From the NCBI GenBank assembly GCA_951406725.2, contig OX597819.1:128836001-128900000 (forward strand): a stretch of DNA of 64,000 bases. Reading direction: 5' to 3'. Both the position numbers and the translations under genes were made by a program. The stretch comes from Octopus vulgaris (taxonomy: Eukaryota). Shown in pieces: positions 1 through 14,229 of this stretch. Positions within the stretch are counted from its first letter, which is position 1; the number at the start of each line of letters is the position of its first letter. The notes under the pieces are model-generated. The model did no database searches. It saw nothing but the letters and a program-made list of their open reading frames with translations, and was not told where the DNA came from.

Positions 1-25
1 AATTTTACCAATTGCAAAAATAAAA

Positions 26-245
26 GCGGCGAGCTGGCAGAATCGTTATCGTGCCGAGCAAAATGCATAGCGGCATTTCGTCCGTCTTTACGTTCTAAGT
101 TCAAATTCTGCCGAGTTCGACTTTGCCTTTCATCCTTGCAGGGTCGATAAAATGAGTAAAAGTTGTGCACTGGGGTCAATGTAATTGACTAACCCTTCCC
201 GCAGAATTTGAGGCCTTGTGCCTATAGTAGAAAGGAATATTATTG
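26..245 (+). mobile_element. tRNA-derived SINE family A (Deu/Nin-like domain), variant with the alternative tail
   Basis: A-box-like GGCGAGCTGGCAGAATCGTTA, B-box AGTTCAAATTC, central GACTTTGCCTTTCATCC..GGGTCGATAAAATGAGTA, tail CCTTGTGCCTATAGTAGAAAGGA. Similar diverged copies near 6700-6890(-), 27160-27370(+), 45905-46107(-), 59522-59737(-). Confidence 0.8.
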
Positions 246-1765
246 CAGCAATAGATAAATGAATGAATAAATAAATAAATTGAAAAAATAAAAAAATTAC
301 TCATGAGTAGTACCTAAATGTAATGTGCGTCTGAGGAGTGAGTGCAGAATCTAAAGAAATTCAAGAACAGCTAAGCCATCCTCCTACTAAAACAAAATAA
401 AAGAGATTATAAATCGAAGTACGAAATTCCTGTTCGCACACAAAGATTTTCAGGAAGCTATATCGGAGAAAATTATTCTTTGATTTTGCCTAGTACCACA
501 TTAGAACTGATTGAATACAAAACGGTTTCATGATCAGAAAGTCTTTGATTATAGTTGTCTGTGATCAAAGTTATTTCCATCTGTACTTTTTATGCAGATA
601 GAGCATATCGAGGACGTTTCTAGAACCACTTCTGGCTGCTTTTTTTTTTTTTTTTTTTTTTGAGATGCGCTTCTCATGGATTTTTCATGGAAGAATACAA
701 AATGGGGTTTTCTGTTGCCTTCGTTCGACTGTTCATTTCAGTAGACACCATCATGTTATCTGTGACTATTTCTAAAAATGGGAGAAGATAAAATAAAAAC
801 GATTTGATCTCTGTACTTAAATGGTGTTTTATTCTTAGGCCACAAAATAGTGAAAATTAAAGATGATTTTACTAGAATTTGAACGCAAAGCGCAAAAGCT
901 GAAGTAGATACCGCAAAGTACATTAATAACGCTCCAATAACACTATGAATTCGTCGCCTTGCAACGGGGATAACACTAACCAATATATATTTCGCTTTTT
1001 AAACAGAAGGGTTTAATTTGAGGGAGATTTGACATCTGTTTCTCGACGGTCGAACAGTCGCGTAAAACCCCAAACTCTTATCCTGCATAAAATTCTCAGA
1101 CGTTTTACCGTTCCTAACAATCTATTGCTCTTTGTTATAGAAATATTATCCATTTCCATTAGTTTAAGAAAGTTGCTAACTTAAATATATTCCGTGTTAC
1201 CCAAATTGTGACACCGGATTTAATTACTCTCCCCAACCACCAAAAAAATGTTTTTCTGTTGCTGTTTTGTTGATATAAAATTTAAAATAAATATATACAC
1301 TAAGAAACAAAACAAGGCTATTGTAATTTTTCTTCTTATTGATAACATATATTTTTAAAATTTTCTGTTTTTTACAATGTATTTATTGTTACTACTTTTT
1401 AACTGTTGCAATACAGTTAAGAGAAGGTGGAAACATAACCGGTTCAACAAACTGTACCAAAATGCAATTTTGCAAAACAGTAGCTTTTTTTATGCGGTTG
1501 TTATTGCTGCTGACTTAATCCAGCAGCATTAAATGCTTTTCTGCAAATCGGTTCGAGGCCTAAAGCTTTTAAACATGTTTTAGTGAGAGCATTGACCCGC
1601 GTACGGCTATGGCACTTTTACAGGGTCTTCAAGATTCGGGGATCATTACTATAGGGTTGCTGTGATTTAAAGTCATGCATTAGGGCGTAGAGTTTATTCA
1701 AACCGGAGACCTGGTCTAAATACTCGGAAAAGAGAGAATTCCGCTAAAAGTATCCAGTAGCTAAA

Positions 1766-1996
1766 GGCGGCAAGCTGGTAGAAACGTTAGCACGCTGGGC
1801 GAAATGCGTAGCCGTATTTCGTCTGCCTTTACGTTCTGAGTTCAAATTCCGCCGAGGTCGACTTTGCCTTTCATCCTTTCGGGGTCGATAAATTAAGTAC
1901 TAGTTGCGCACTGGGGTCGATGTAATCGACTTAATTCGTTTGTCTGTCTTTGTTTGTCCCCTCTATGTTTAGCCCCTTGTGGGTAGTAAAGAAATA
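1766..1996 (+). mobile_element. SINE family A monomer
   Basis: Full head to tail ...GTAAAGAAATA. Target-site duplication GTATCCAGTAGCTA / GTATCCAGTGGCTA. Confidence 0.9.
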
Positions 1997-3092
1997 GGTA
2001 TCCAGTGGCTAGATGATATTTAATCGGGCGACGGATAAAGTCGCCCAAGAATTGATATTACCCCTCCGGATTGGATTCTATGCAATTAACATTAACACGA
2101 TTTAAATCACAAGACGGGGAGAACTCGAGGTTATGCCAAAAGAAATGTGTTCAAAATGCAGTACTGTGAGAACGAACCCGAGATGCGAAACGAACTTTTC
2201 ATTTCCACGACAAAATGAAGATTTTTTTGACTTCTCTTTTCATGACAAAACTATATCACTTTAAAGATAAACATTTTCTCTTCAAGTCTTTTAGTGATCC
2301 ACACTGTTGCTAAGCTTACATTTATGAGTGTGTGTGCGTGTGTGTATGCATGTGTGTGTTTGCATGTGTGTGGGTGGGTGTATTTTGTGCGAATTTGTGA
2401 ATGCGTGCGCATGGGAGTGCATTTGAATGCAAATGTGCGTGTGATATGCATGTGTGCATGGCGCACATGTACAACAGAAGTGCATGTCAGCGCGTAGAAG
2501 TGCGTGTATGTGTGAGCGTATGTACGCATGCACGCGCGTTTTGTGCGTATACATGCGGTTGTGCGTGTACATATGTGTGCGTTTCCATGCGCGCGTGTGT
2601 GTGTGTGTGTATGTATGACGCCCAAACCGTTTCCGTGTGCGACTCTGTATTAGTAACATGTACCATACTTTCGATAATTGCTTTAGGTGCCTCTGTAGCT
2701 CTGATCAAGCATAGACAGCTTCCTAGCCTTGATCCAGTGGCACAATCACAATGTGACAGAGAAGAGAGAGTGAGAGAGAGAGAGAGAGAGAGAAGGGGCG
2801 AGAGAGAAAAGGAGAGAGGGAGAGAGAGACAGAGAGAGAGAGGGAGAAAGCAAAAAAGCTGTATCAGTATCCAGCTGGTACGCATTAAAACTGAGTAAAC
2901 TGTAGAAACGTTAAAGGAAGAATCTTGTGCAACGACGCAACTTGATGCACGACCTAAGAACTGAACTCACAGATTTACGATTGACACTAAGCCACGTGCT
3001 TTTGCAAATATTTCAATAACTCAAAGGTTTAACTTGAATTTTTTGCCACGTTTTCTTGTTTTTTCAACTGACCTGTTTCAATATCTTTTCAG

Positions 3093-3253
3093 ATGCTCAT
3101 GGACATTTTTGCCCCAAGGACTGGATCTATAGACAAGATAGCAACTCCTGTTATTTGATTACTACTATGGTACGCCGTCCATGGCTGGAAGCACAGCTGG
3201 CATGTGAAGCAAACGAAGGATATTTACTAAAGATTGATGATGAAGATGAACGA
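3093..3253 (+). CDS. Multi-CTLD C-type lectin (mannose-receptor-like), exon a: start of CTLD1
   Basis: Acceptor ttttcAG (3091-92), donor CGA|GTAAGT, phase 1 to 0. Encodes (D)AHGHFCPKDWIYRQDSNSCYLITTMVRRPWLEAQLACEANEGYLLKIDDEDER, with the long-form CTLD pattern CPxxW...CY...W.EA..C...G.LL.I. No upstream signal-peptide exon identified. Confidence 0.93.
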
Positions 3254-4556
3254 GTAAGTAACATATTTGCATATTTGCATGAACACAAGTTTCATGACGA
3301 CGACGGTGAGGTGACAGAGTTGTTAGTGCGTTGAATAAAAAGGATACTTTTGCAATATACAAATTACAAAAATTCGTGGATCGTCACGACGTATAAAAAA
3401 AATCAATGCCACCTTATTGGTTAAATTTATTTTTATAACTCATTCTACCGTATTTATTTTGAGATGCTCTGTGCTTCTTTCCATTATTTTAAATATAACA
3501 AAGAATTTAGTAAAATAACTTAGTTATCATTAAGTTAATGTTAGGAACATAAATTGTGACTAAGGTTTGGTGGAAGATTTTAATTCAAAACTTATGAGAA
3601 CAAAACATTTGTACTACAGAACCAGAGCCGGTTTCAGCCGGGTTGGTAACGAAAGGGTTAGGTTCGTAAGATTTTTATAAATTTCTCTAAAAAAGTTATA
3701 ACGATTTTCGTATTTGGCATGGAATATTCCAATCTGTGAGGAAAATTTCAATAAATTCTGACAAAAGATCAAACTAAAAAAAAGCAAACAAAAAAAGACT
3801 TTTCTACGTTCTGGTTTAAATATCATGGGGATGAACTTTGCCTTTTATCTTCCGAAACAAATAATACGTGACTTCTTAGGACATTAGAGATCGGAATGAG
3901 ACGACTGAGCGCAGTTGTTTGGACGCTGGCGTTATGGCGCGGCTGACTGGACATTCAGCCTGTTTTAGTAACGGTACTGTTTGGCACTGAAGGCAAACAC
4001 GCGCACGCTCTCACACACACATCCACGCAGCGGAGGAATATATGCATACGGACAGAGTCTGAGAGACAGAAAGAGGAGGAAAAAGAGGGAGAGAGGGAGA
4101 AAGAGAGAGAGAGAAAAGGAGAGAGAGGCATTGCAATATATTAATTGTATATGATTAGCATAAGCACTTTTATGCTCCTCATACGCATAAAGAGACGTAT
4201 GCTTTAACACATAAAGAGAGGGAGGGAGAGAGAGAAGGAGAGAGAGAGAGAGGGGAAAGGGGAGAGAGGCATTGCAATATATTAATTGTATATGATTAAC
4301 ATAAGCACTTTAATGCTCCTAATTTGCATAAAGAGGAGAGAGAGAGGAGAGAGTGAGAGGGGACAGAAACATCAAAACGAGATAAACATTACATTAGGTG
4401 TCAAATAAGTCGGGGTCGAAACAGCGACGCCAGATAGGTGGGGCACAAACCGGCAGCGACGAAATACCTCATACACCTACAGATAAATCAACAGGTTGAC
4501 TAAAAAAAGGGATATCAGATATATATTCTTTTCCAAAGTATACTAAGGGCTTTAAA

Positions 4557-4953
4557 TCCTTTCTACTATAGGCACAAGTCCTGAGATTTGGTGGGAGGAG
4601 GCCTGTCGATTAGATCGACGCCATACGCAACTGGTACTTTATTTATCGACCGCGAACGGATGAAAGGCAAAGTCGACCTCGGCGGAATTTGAACTCAGAA
4701 CAGAGCGACGGGCGAAATACCTATTTCTTTATTACCCACAAGGGGCTAAACACAGAGGGGACAAACAAGGACAGACATAGGTATTAAGTCGATTACATCG
4801 ACGCCAGTGCGTAACTGGTACTTCATTTATTGACCTCGAAAGGATGAAAGGCAAAGTCGACCTCGGCGGAATTTGAACTCAGAACGGAGCGACGGGCGAA
4901 ATACCGCGAAGCATTTCGTCCAGCGCGGTAACGATTCTGCCAGCTCGCCGCCT
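4557..4953 (-). mobile_element. SINE family A dimer
   Basis: Two head-to-tail units joined at AAAGAAATA|GGTATTTCG (about 4715-4730). The second unit ends in the alternative tail. Confidence 0.88.
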
Positions 4954-5320
4954 TTAGGGTTTCAAAGGAAGTAGGTTAGTCGCAGCTGGAAACTGAAACC
5001 AATTCGTTGTTTCATGAATACGAAAACCCAAGGAAGAAACAAAGTGTTATGATGACGATGAAGCTGAATACAATGAATGGCGATGCTAGTGTTGTTGCTA
5101 GTGTTGTTGCTAGTGGTGATACGATCACATATTTATATAGAAACTTCAATAAATAAAGAATTTGCTTTTTCCTTTTTTATCTACAGGAAAAGCGTAATGA
5201 AATGTTTAACATTTAAAAAATAAAAAATAAAGAATATTTTAGTAAACAACATATATCATAGAACCTTTTTCTCTCTAAATACATGCATATTTCCACACAC
5301 GCACACACATACACACACTT

Positions 5321-5365
<45 letters not shown>

Positions 5366-5526
5366 TATTATATATATATATATATTATAGTATATACATT
5401 ACAGTATATTACATGTATTATATTATTTATATATTGTATATAATATATATTATATCTGTATTATATTTATTATATATCATATATATAGACACTCACACAC
5501 ATACATAAGTGTATGTATGTACATGC

Positions 5527-5568
<42 letters not shown>

Positions 5569-5941
5569 CATGCAGACATTGATTTTCAAAACAAAAGCAC
5601 AACTGAATTAGATTTCAAATTTTCAAGCCAAAACACAAACCAAGAAAGAGAGAGAGTGAGGAAGAAGAGAGAGAAAGATGGTGAGAGGGAGGGAGAGAAA
5701 GAAGAGAAAGTGTGGGAGACACGAGGAAGAGGAAAAGTAGAGAGGAAGAACCAGGGAGAATATTTCACTTAGATATTTAAAAGAAAAAATATAGGATTCT
5801 AGAGTTACATGTCGCAATATATTAAAGCCTTGCTTTTTCTGTTTTTAATTATTAATGTTGCTTTTTTCTCATCACACTTTTTTGTCAGTTATAAAATCGT
5901 GTGCGTGAGCATGTGCACATATACATCTATACATATAGAGA

Positions 5942-5975
<34 letters not shown>

Positions 5976-6122
5976 TACTAATAAGTATGTATCTATGTAT
6001 ATATATATATATATATATACGCACACATACATTCATACATACATAATCTAATTTATTTTGGTAGAAACCGTGTTGATTTTTAGATATGGGTTTGCAGAAG
6101 AACGTAACTTTATATATTTATA

Positions 6123-6176
<54 letters not shown>

Positions 6177-6180
6177 AATA

Positions 6181-6316
<136 letters not shown>

Positions 6317-6486
6317 ATATGTTCTACTGAAACTGGAAACGATAGTTTTCGAGACAAATAGACTCACCGAATTTTGAATAAAACAAGTGTTTTTACTTGT
6401 TTTATTTTAAATATATTGCTTTGTTTTGCTTTAGCATAGTTATATATATGATGCCAGAGGCAAATATTTAGGCTTACATATAAATC

Positions 6487-6517
<31 letters not shown>

Positions 6518-6900
6518 CTGAGATGTGTGTCCGTGTGTCTGTATGCGAATGTGCGTAGGTTTGTGCATTTTTCTGTTCAAATGTGTCGTATATATATATA
6601 CATATATTTGTGTATGTGTGTGTGCGCGTGCATGTGTGTGCATGCGTGTGTATGATAATGGAGTTCACATAAATATATCTATATATGAAACAGAAATTTT
6701 GGTTTCAAATTTTGGCACACGACCACCAATTTCTTTTTTTTTTAGGGGGGGAGGGTAAATCGATTACCTCGACCCCAGTACTCAACTGATGCTTATTTTA
6801 TTGGACCCAAAAGAATAAATGGCAAAGTCAACCTCGGTGGCATTTCAATTCTGATGTTCAAGACGAACTAAAAAAGGCTAACCATTTTGCTCATGATTCT

Positions 6901-7127
6901 TATTTCTTTATTGTCCACAAGGGGCTAAACACAGAGGGGACAAACAAGGACAGACAAACGGATTAAGTCGATTACATTGACTCCAGTGCGTAACTGGTAC
7001 TTAATTTATCGATTCCGAAGGATGAAAGGCAAAGTCGACCTTGGTGGAATTTAAACTCAGAACGTAACGTCAGACGAAATACGACTACGCATTTCGCCCG
7101 GCGTGCTAACGTTTCTGCCAGCTCGCA
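6901..7127 (-). mobile_element. SINE family A monomer
   Basis: Reverse complement of the family A sequence, adjacent to an older copy at about 6700-6890. Confidence 0.85.
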
Positions 7128-8593
7128 ACCACTATGAAGTAATGAATTAAACTAACGCATCCTGCTTCTTATACCAACCACCTTGCTGAATTAATGAAAC
7201 AGAGTAGCTTCTAAGTGATACCACATCACTAATAATTTCTCAGGAAGAACAAAGTAGACTGACTGAGCGTGCGAGTGTGTGTATGTAAGAAAGAGAGAGA
7301 GAGAGAGGAGAGAGAAAGGAAGAAGAGAGAGAGAAGGGCTGGTAGACAGACAGGCAGAGTAAGAGAAAGAGAAAAAAAGAGAATTTCTTTTTTCCCTGTC
7401 GTATCACCGATTAACACTATTTCCGTCTTCAGCGAGTATGTATATGATCTCTCGACCTGTTGGAAATAGTAACAAAATCCATCACAATTCATATACTACA
7501 GTCTTTGATGAAGAATATGTTGGACAATACTATACAAAAAGACCAATGGTCTTGAATCGAAGAGCTTTCGTTATAGGTATGTTCGATCAGAGCGGAGCTA
7601 GTAATAAGCAAGGGCAACCAACTTAAATCCAATGAATGAGAGAGGGCCTTTGGAGGCTCGCTAACCCAGCGAGAAATAGCAACCGAACGTCCCTCAGATC
7701 ACACCCTATTGATTTAAATTATGGGAAAATATACTGAAAAAAGTAGTTTTATACAAGCAATAAGACGAAAAAGACAAATCTATGCACATATGGTTTATGA
7801 AACATAATTTATCTTATATCATTAAATGGCTGGAAAATTTATTGATTTTGAAATATCAAAACAAACTATTAAATAAGCTCTTAGAATTAGCCTTCTCTTC
7901 ATGCAGTCATAAACATTGGTATCTACTTAAAATCTTTAATGACATACCATTAGGCATAACAAGAAATTCCAATTGAACAAACCTCATTTTCGCTTTAATT
8001 CTCTATTTTCTCTCTATATAGTATTTTGCGCAAAGATAGTAATAATAAATATGACCCCATTTCTATGATAAATTTATAACTCCCTACATAAAACCATCAA
8101 GGGTATAACCAATAGACATGAGAGGAAATCCCAATTGAATACACGTTTCCTTTTCTTTTTTGTTTTATTTTCTCTACAATTAGTGCTCTACGTTTTAGAA
8201 GTAATAAAGTTGTTTCATACCATAAGGTCAGGGCTTTGCCTCATTATTGCAAATTGGCTGCGAACGCGAACTCTTCCGATGATTCCACCTGCACCTTCCT
8301 GTCATACCAGCCTAGCGCAACAGAGTGCTGCTCCGCCGTTCGTAAGTACTTGGTCACCTAGCTGTTCCTGTTCAAATAGATATGCCACGAGCTACTGAGA
8401 ATCATCAATGAGGTCTATGGAACTGAATAAACGCACTTAATAATCCCTTGCTCAATGGGTCACACAATGATAAGTACCAACCCTGTTCCCCCACCAAAAA
8501 TTATTACGGAAATGTTTTGTTTCCATCCGCTTATTTATGAAAATATAAATAAATGATGAAAGGAACGTTTCATATTCAAACTCGGGACTATGA

Positions 8594-9010
8594 TACCTAT
8601 TTCTTTACTACCCACAAGGGGCTAAACACAGAGGGACAAACAAGGACAGACGAACGGATTAACTCGACTACATCGACACCAGTGCGTAACTGGTACTTAA
8701 TTTATCGACCCCGAAAGATTGAAAGGCAATGTCGACCTCGGCGGAATTTGAACTCAGAACGTAACGGCAGACGAGATACCTATTTCTTTATTGCCCACAA
8801 GGGGCTAAACATAGAGGGGACAAACAAGGACAGACATAGGTATTAAGTCGATTACATCGACCCCAGTGCGTAACTGGTACTTAATTTATCGACCCCGAAA
8901 GGATGAAAGGCAAAGTCGACCTCGGCGGAATTTGAACTCAGAACGTAACGGCAGACGAAATACCGCTAAGCATTTCGCCCGGCGTGCTAACGATTCTGCC
9001 AGCTCGCCGC
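8594..9010 (-). mobile_element. SINE family A dimer
   Basis: Two units with junction AAAGAAATA|GGTATCTCG at about 8772-8790. Confidence 0.9.
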
Positions 9011-9222
9011 GATACCGACGGTCTTAAATGAACGTCTTTTTCTCCTACTCTTTACCACCATTTTTTTTAGTGACCCCATTTTTATATTTCAGCAATTTAA
9101 ATTTTCCCCCACTTCAGACTCATTCGCTTCTTATGCTTCTTTATTTCTCTTTCTTTCTCATTCCCTCACCTCCTTTCTGCACATGCGTCCTCCATCATTG
9201 ATAATATATTCTCTTATGCAAA

Positions 9223-9811
9223 GGCGGCGTGCTGACAGAAACGTTAGCACGCCGGGTGAAATGCTTAGCGGTATTTCGTCTGCCGCTACGTTCTGAGTTC
9301 AAATTCCGCCGAGGTCGACTTTGCCTTTCGTCCTTTCGGGGTCGATAAATAAAGTATCTGTTAGGCACTGGGGTCGATGTAATCGACTTAATCCGTTTGT
9401 CTGTCCTTGTTTATCCCCTCTATGTTTAGCCCCTTGTGGGTAGTAAAGAAATAGATATTCGTCTGGCGTTATGTTCTGAGTTCAAATTCCGCTGAGGTGG
9501 ACTTTACCTTTCATCCTTTCGGGGTCGATAAATTAAGTACCAGTTACACACTGATCGATATAATCGATTTAATCCGTTTGTCTGTCCTTGTTTGTCCCTT
9601 CTGTGTTTAGCCCCTTGTGGGTAGTAAAGAAATAGGTATTTCGTCTGCCGCTACGTTCAAATTCCGTCGAGGTCGACTTTACCTTTCATCCTTTCGGGGT
9701 CGATAAATTAAGTACCGGTTACACACTGGGGTCGATGTAATCGACTTAATCCGTTCGTCTGTCCTTGTTTGTCCCTTCTGTGTTTGGCCCCTTGTGGGTA
9801 GTAAAGAAATA
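9223..9811 (+). mobile_element. SINE family A trimer
   Basis: Three units with junctions near 9453 and 9634. Target-site duplication ATATATT(C/T)TCTTATGC. Confidence 0.9.
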
Positions 9812-10247
9812 TATATTTTCTTATGCCTAAAATGCAGCCGACCCACGAACTAACAACACACACACACTTTGTGTATGTGTGACCGATTTTGTTTATATAC
9901 TTCGAGTTGCCTCTAATTCATATTTGAATTTTTTTTTCTGTGGCATGAAACGTTGCGACATGGCAAGGGATGGTCTTTAAACCATTTAGCATATAGTCAT
10001 AGCCGGCGATATAGCTTGCAGCAGGCTTGATCGGTACGCAGCATTAAAAAGTCACAACAATGACGAAATATCGATGTCTGTTGCACCGAAAAGGGCCCTG
10101 GTGTAAGTTGTCTCGCTTGTCTCTGATTTGCTTTCAGTTATTTTCAACAGGCGCATTGAGGATATATTCTCTAACGCCTAAAACGTAGCCGACCCACAAA
10201 CTAACAACACTCACTTTGTGCATGTGTGTCTGATTTTGTGTATGTAT

Positions 10248-10298
<51 letters not shown>

Positions 10299-10320
10299 TA
10301 GATAAATAGATAGATATAAG

Positions 10321-10369
<49 letters not shown>

Positions 10370-10492
10370 GATAAATAGATAGATATAAGCACATATATAT
10401 ATATATACATACATATATATATACATATATATACATATATATATACATATATATATACATTACATACATATATGTATACATACATATATATA

Positions 10493-10541
<49 letters not shown>

Positions 10542-10575
10542 GTATGTATATACATATAAATACATATATATATAT

Positions 10576-10623
<48 letters not shown>

Positions 10624-10624
10624 G

Positions 10625-10660
<36 letters not shown>

Positions 10661-11133
10661 TGTATGTATGCATGCATGCATGTGTGTGTGTATGTGTAAT
10701 TCGTAAAGAAAATATCTAATCCGGTCAGGTAAATATTTTTGAGCTAAATTAAGGAGGAAGATTTTGAAACTTTAATGAGGCAGTTGTCTTAAAGAAAATA
10801 AATATTTTACAACCAGATCGTCCAAAAAGCTTTAAGGTTCCATTGGTTAGTTTGTCTCATTAGACTGCTTACACGTGATGTATTAAAAATTCATGGAAAC
10901 GGAAATGAGGGTTATTTTGGTGAAACCAAACCTTTCGAAAATAAATCATTTAGCTCTGGTTTTAATTTCACTGAGTGGCGTCTCCTGCTAGTATCTTCTG
11001 AGATAGCCCACAACGTGACCTTAGTTTTGTGAATGAAATTTATTAGGCGGAAATTGCAGAAGTCCTGAGAAGACGGACGTGAGCGGAAACATGCAACTAC
11101 ATCCATAATACACACACGCGCGCTCGCACTTCA

Positions 11134-11221
<88 letters not shown>

Positions 11222-11538
11222 TACCTATACTTACATATAGTGATATGTTTACGCATATAAATGTATGGATGGATGGATTTATATCGGTGTAGGACAAAAA
11301 TCGGTTTGTCGAGCAAACATCCGTTTTGGTGTCCGTCGTCACTCATTGATCCCATTATATCTAGATCAACTTTCCCTCTTATTGATAAAATAAATACCAC
11401 GCGAAGTATTGGGGTCGATATGAGTAAATGAAAACCCTTAAAGAACAAATTAAATCAATAACGCGATTTCAAATGGTATTTGATTTGTTGTCTAGCCTTT
11501 TGTGAATCCTGTTCGAATAGTTTTCATTGAACAAGAAA

Positions 11539-11766
11539 GCGGCGAGCTGGCAGAAACGTTAGCACACCATGCGAAATGCGTAGCCGTATTTTGTCTGTCG
11601 TTACGTTCTGAGTTCAAATTCCACCGAGGTCGACTTTGCCTTTCATCCTTTCGGGGTCGATAAATTAAGTACCAGTTACGCACTGGGGTCTATGTAATCG
11701 ACCTATGTCTGTCCTTGTTTGTCCCCTCTGTGTTTAGCCCCTTGTGGGTAGTAAAGAAATAGGTAT
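11539..11766 (+). mobile_element. SINE family A monomer
   Basis: Full-length match ending AAAGAAATAGGTAT. Confidence 0.88.
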
Positions 11767-12193
11767 GTAATGAATGACATACCAACCTCAAATATCTTAT
11801 TTTTTATTTCTGACAATGTGTATCTAGGACATGGTTTGAGGGGAGATATAGCTGCTATTTCTAGGTGAAGCCAATTAACTTAGCTTCATATCAACCTCTT
11901 AGAAAAGATGTGACGTCACATCTTGAGTATTTTGTTTTTTACTTTCTGAAAGTTTCGAACTCCATTGTTGCAAGAGAACGTATGATCAAAAACATTCCAG
12001 TCATGAACACACCGTAAGTTAAAGCATATCTATAATTATCTTATATGATGTAATCTTCCATTTTTAGGGACAGTGGTAGCTATTTCAAGCAAGCTGAGCG
12101 ACCGCTTAGAGGTTTCCTCGTTAGCACGTTCACTAAGAGTATTATTTGAGCAAGCAATCGAATAAAACTGTATATTCACATTTATCTAGTTAG

Positions 12194-12433
12194 TGGAGGC
12201 ACATGGCCAAGTGCTTAGAGCAGCGGACTCGCGGTATAGGGATCGCGGGCCTGAATCTCAGGCCGGGTGATGTGTGTGTTTCTTGAGCGAAAACACCTAA
12301 GCTCCACGCGGCTCTGGCAGAAGGTAATGACGAACTTATGTTGACTCTTTCGCCACAACCTATACGCCAAGGAAACCGGGAAACCGGTCCTTATGAGCCA
12401 AGCGTGGCTCGAAAAGGGACAAACAACAAAACA
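12194..12433 (+). mobile_element. tRNA-derived SINE family C, internally deleted
   Basis: Same head and tail as 25697-25996 but lacks the central CCTGCGACGGACCGG segment. TSD ATTTATCTAGTT. Confidence 0.85.
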
Positions 12434-13130
12434 ATTTATCTAGTTGGAAATAACAACCATATCTCCCTCAAATCATACCGTACTCTCTTAGAAAAATATG
12501 CATTCAGTAGCATGATCATCAACAGAACTACGGTGGAGCGGGATTGGATTGCTACGGTTAGAATGCCTATGATCATTAGTCTGCTTGATCAGGGTTGACC
12601 TGGGGCTAAACAAAAACAGCACTAAAAAAATTGAAATTCTTCCAATTTGATGTTTTACCTAATGTAATGTTTCTGCAATTATGATTGTGAGAAATGATTA
12701 AGAACAGAGGATAAAATGTTTCACGGTTTCACGGTATCTCGTCAAGGATAGACAGAGTACAAGACTTAGCAAATGCTGGGCTCCAATTAGTCAATTATAA
12801 AATCCAACAGAGTTTGTACATAATTATATGTTTAATTGTTTTGTGTTCCCGGGTCATTTCTCATCGAACAGACCTATAATCAAAAGCAATGTAGTCGAGA
12901 CCATCACATTTTTATTAGTTTCAAAACGGTGTGTTGTAATTTGAGGGAGATTTGACTGTTATTTCAAGTTTTTTTTAGAACACACAAACACATGCACACA
13001 TTCACTCATACATACAAATCTGTAAAACTTTCCAAAAGTTTATCGTTTAAGTATATATGAGCATATCTAGGCATGCAACTATATGCATGAGAATACATGA
13101 ACAAGACAAAACATTCAAATCCGCACATTT

Positions 13131-13183
13131 ACATACACACACATACATACATACATACATACATACATACATACATACATACA

Positions 13184-13217
<34 letters not shown>

Positions 13218-13272
13218 CATACATACATACATACATACATACATACACACATACATACATACACACACACAC

Positions 13273-13305
<33 letters not shown>

Positions 13306-13324
13306 CATACATACATACACACAC

Positions 13325-13357
<33 letters not shown>

Positions 13358-13362
13358 TACAT

Positions 13363-13399
<37 letters not shown>

Positions 13400-13412
13400 T
13401 ACATACATACAT

Positions 13413-13447
<35 letters not shown>

Positions 13448-13448
13448 T

Positions 13449-13485
<37 letters not shown>

Positions 13486-13638
13486 TACATACATACATAC
13501 ATACATACATACATACATACATACATACATACATACATTCATACATACATACATAATGCATACATACATACATACATACATACATACATACATACATACA
13601 TACATACATACATACATAATGCATACATACATACATAC
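13131..13638. repeat. (TACA)n/(CA)n microsatellite array
   Basis: Direct reading. Similar arrays at 28185-28710, 10245-10700 ((TA)n/(TATG)n), 6126-6310, 11140-11220 and 27668-27724 ((GTA)n), among many others. Confidence 0.98.
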
Positions 13639-14119
13639 AATGATCGCTTCATTTCTGTCAAACGCAAATAAATAAATAAAATAAAAATGAAAGATCTTAG
13701 TCTTTGATATTCAATTTTTTTTTTTTTTTTGCGTTCGGGGTGAAACTACTTTGTTGTACCGTTACAATCATTAGAATCTTCAAGAAGAGAGAGAGAGAGA
13801 GAGAGAAAAAAAAGAAGAAAGAAAACGGAGAAGAGAAATAAAAATGGTTTTAAAAACTACTAGAAGTACGAGTTCGCAGAAATTGTTAATTAGAGCTAAA
13901 AAAAAAAAGGGTATAAATAAGAGGAAATACCACCGTATATCAGGTGTCTGCTTCAGAAATTATGAAATGTAACTGACGACTGTAATTGTAGCACATGTAG
14001 TGAAAAAGAAGTTAAAGATGGAAGATTTGAGTTGCCATGTTTGTAGTAATTGATAACACAGTGAATGTATTAGAACACGTATGTTTTAATACATGTTCTA
14101 ATAGAGTTGTATGTAACAG

Positions 14120-14155
<36 letters not shown>

Positions 14156-14229
14156 CACACACACACACACACACACACAACACACACACATACACACACA
14201 CACACACACAAAGGCATAGCAATTAGTTA

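Noticed and set aside
1462-1518. Hydrophobic MQFCKTVAFFMRLLLLLT as the lectin signal-peptide exon
   Set aside because: It ends in an in-frame stop and has no convincing phase-1 GT donor.
2251-2898. Several 120-165 aa ORFs rich in H/T/C/V/R/E
   Set aside because: They are translations of (TG)n/(GA)n-derived low-complexity sequence with no domain. The same applies to ORFs at 10134-10699, 13047-13675 and 28069-28814.
6320-6350. CTACTGAAACTGGAAACGATAG between (TA)n tracts, a possible hammerhead remnant
   Set aside because: The core is incomplete and there is no stem II, so it is too degenerate to call.
8594-9811. Regularly repeated units superficially like a CRISPR array
   Set aside because: These are ~190-bp SINE units without unique spacers, in a eukaryotic context with no cas genes.
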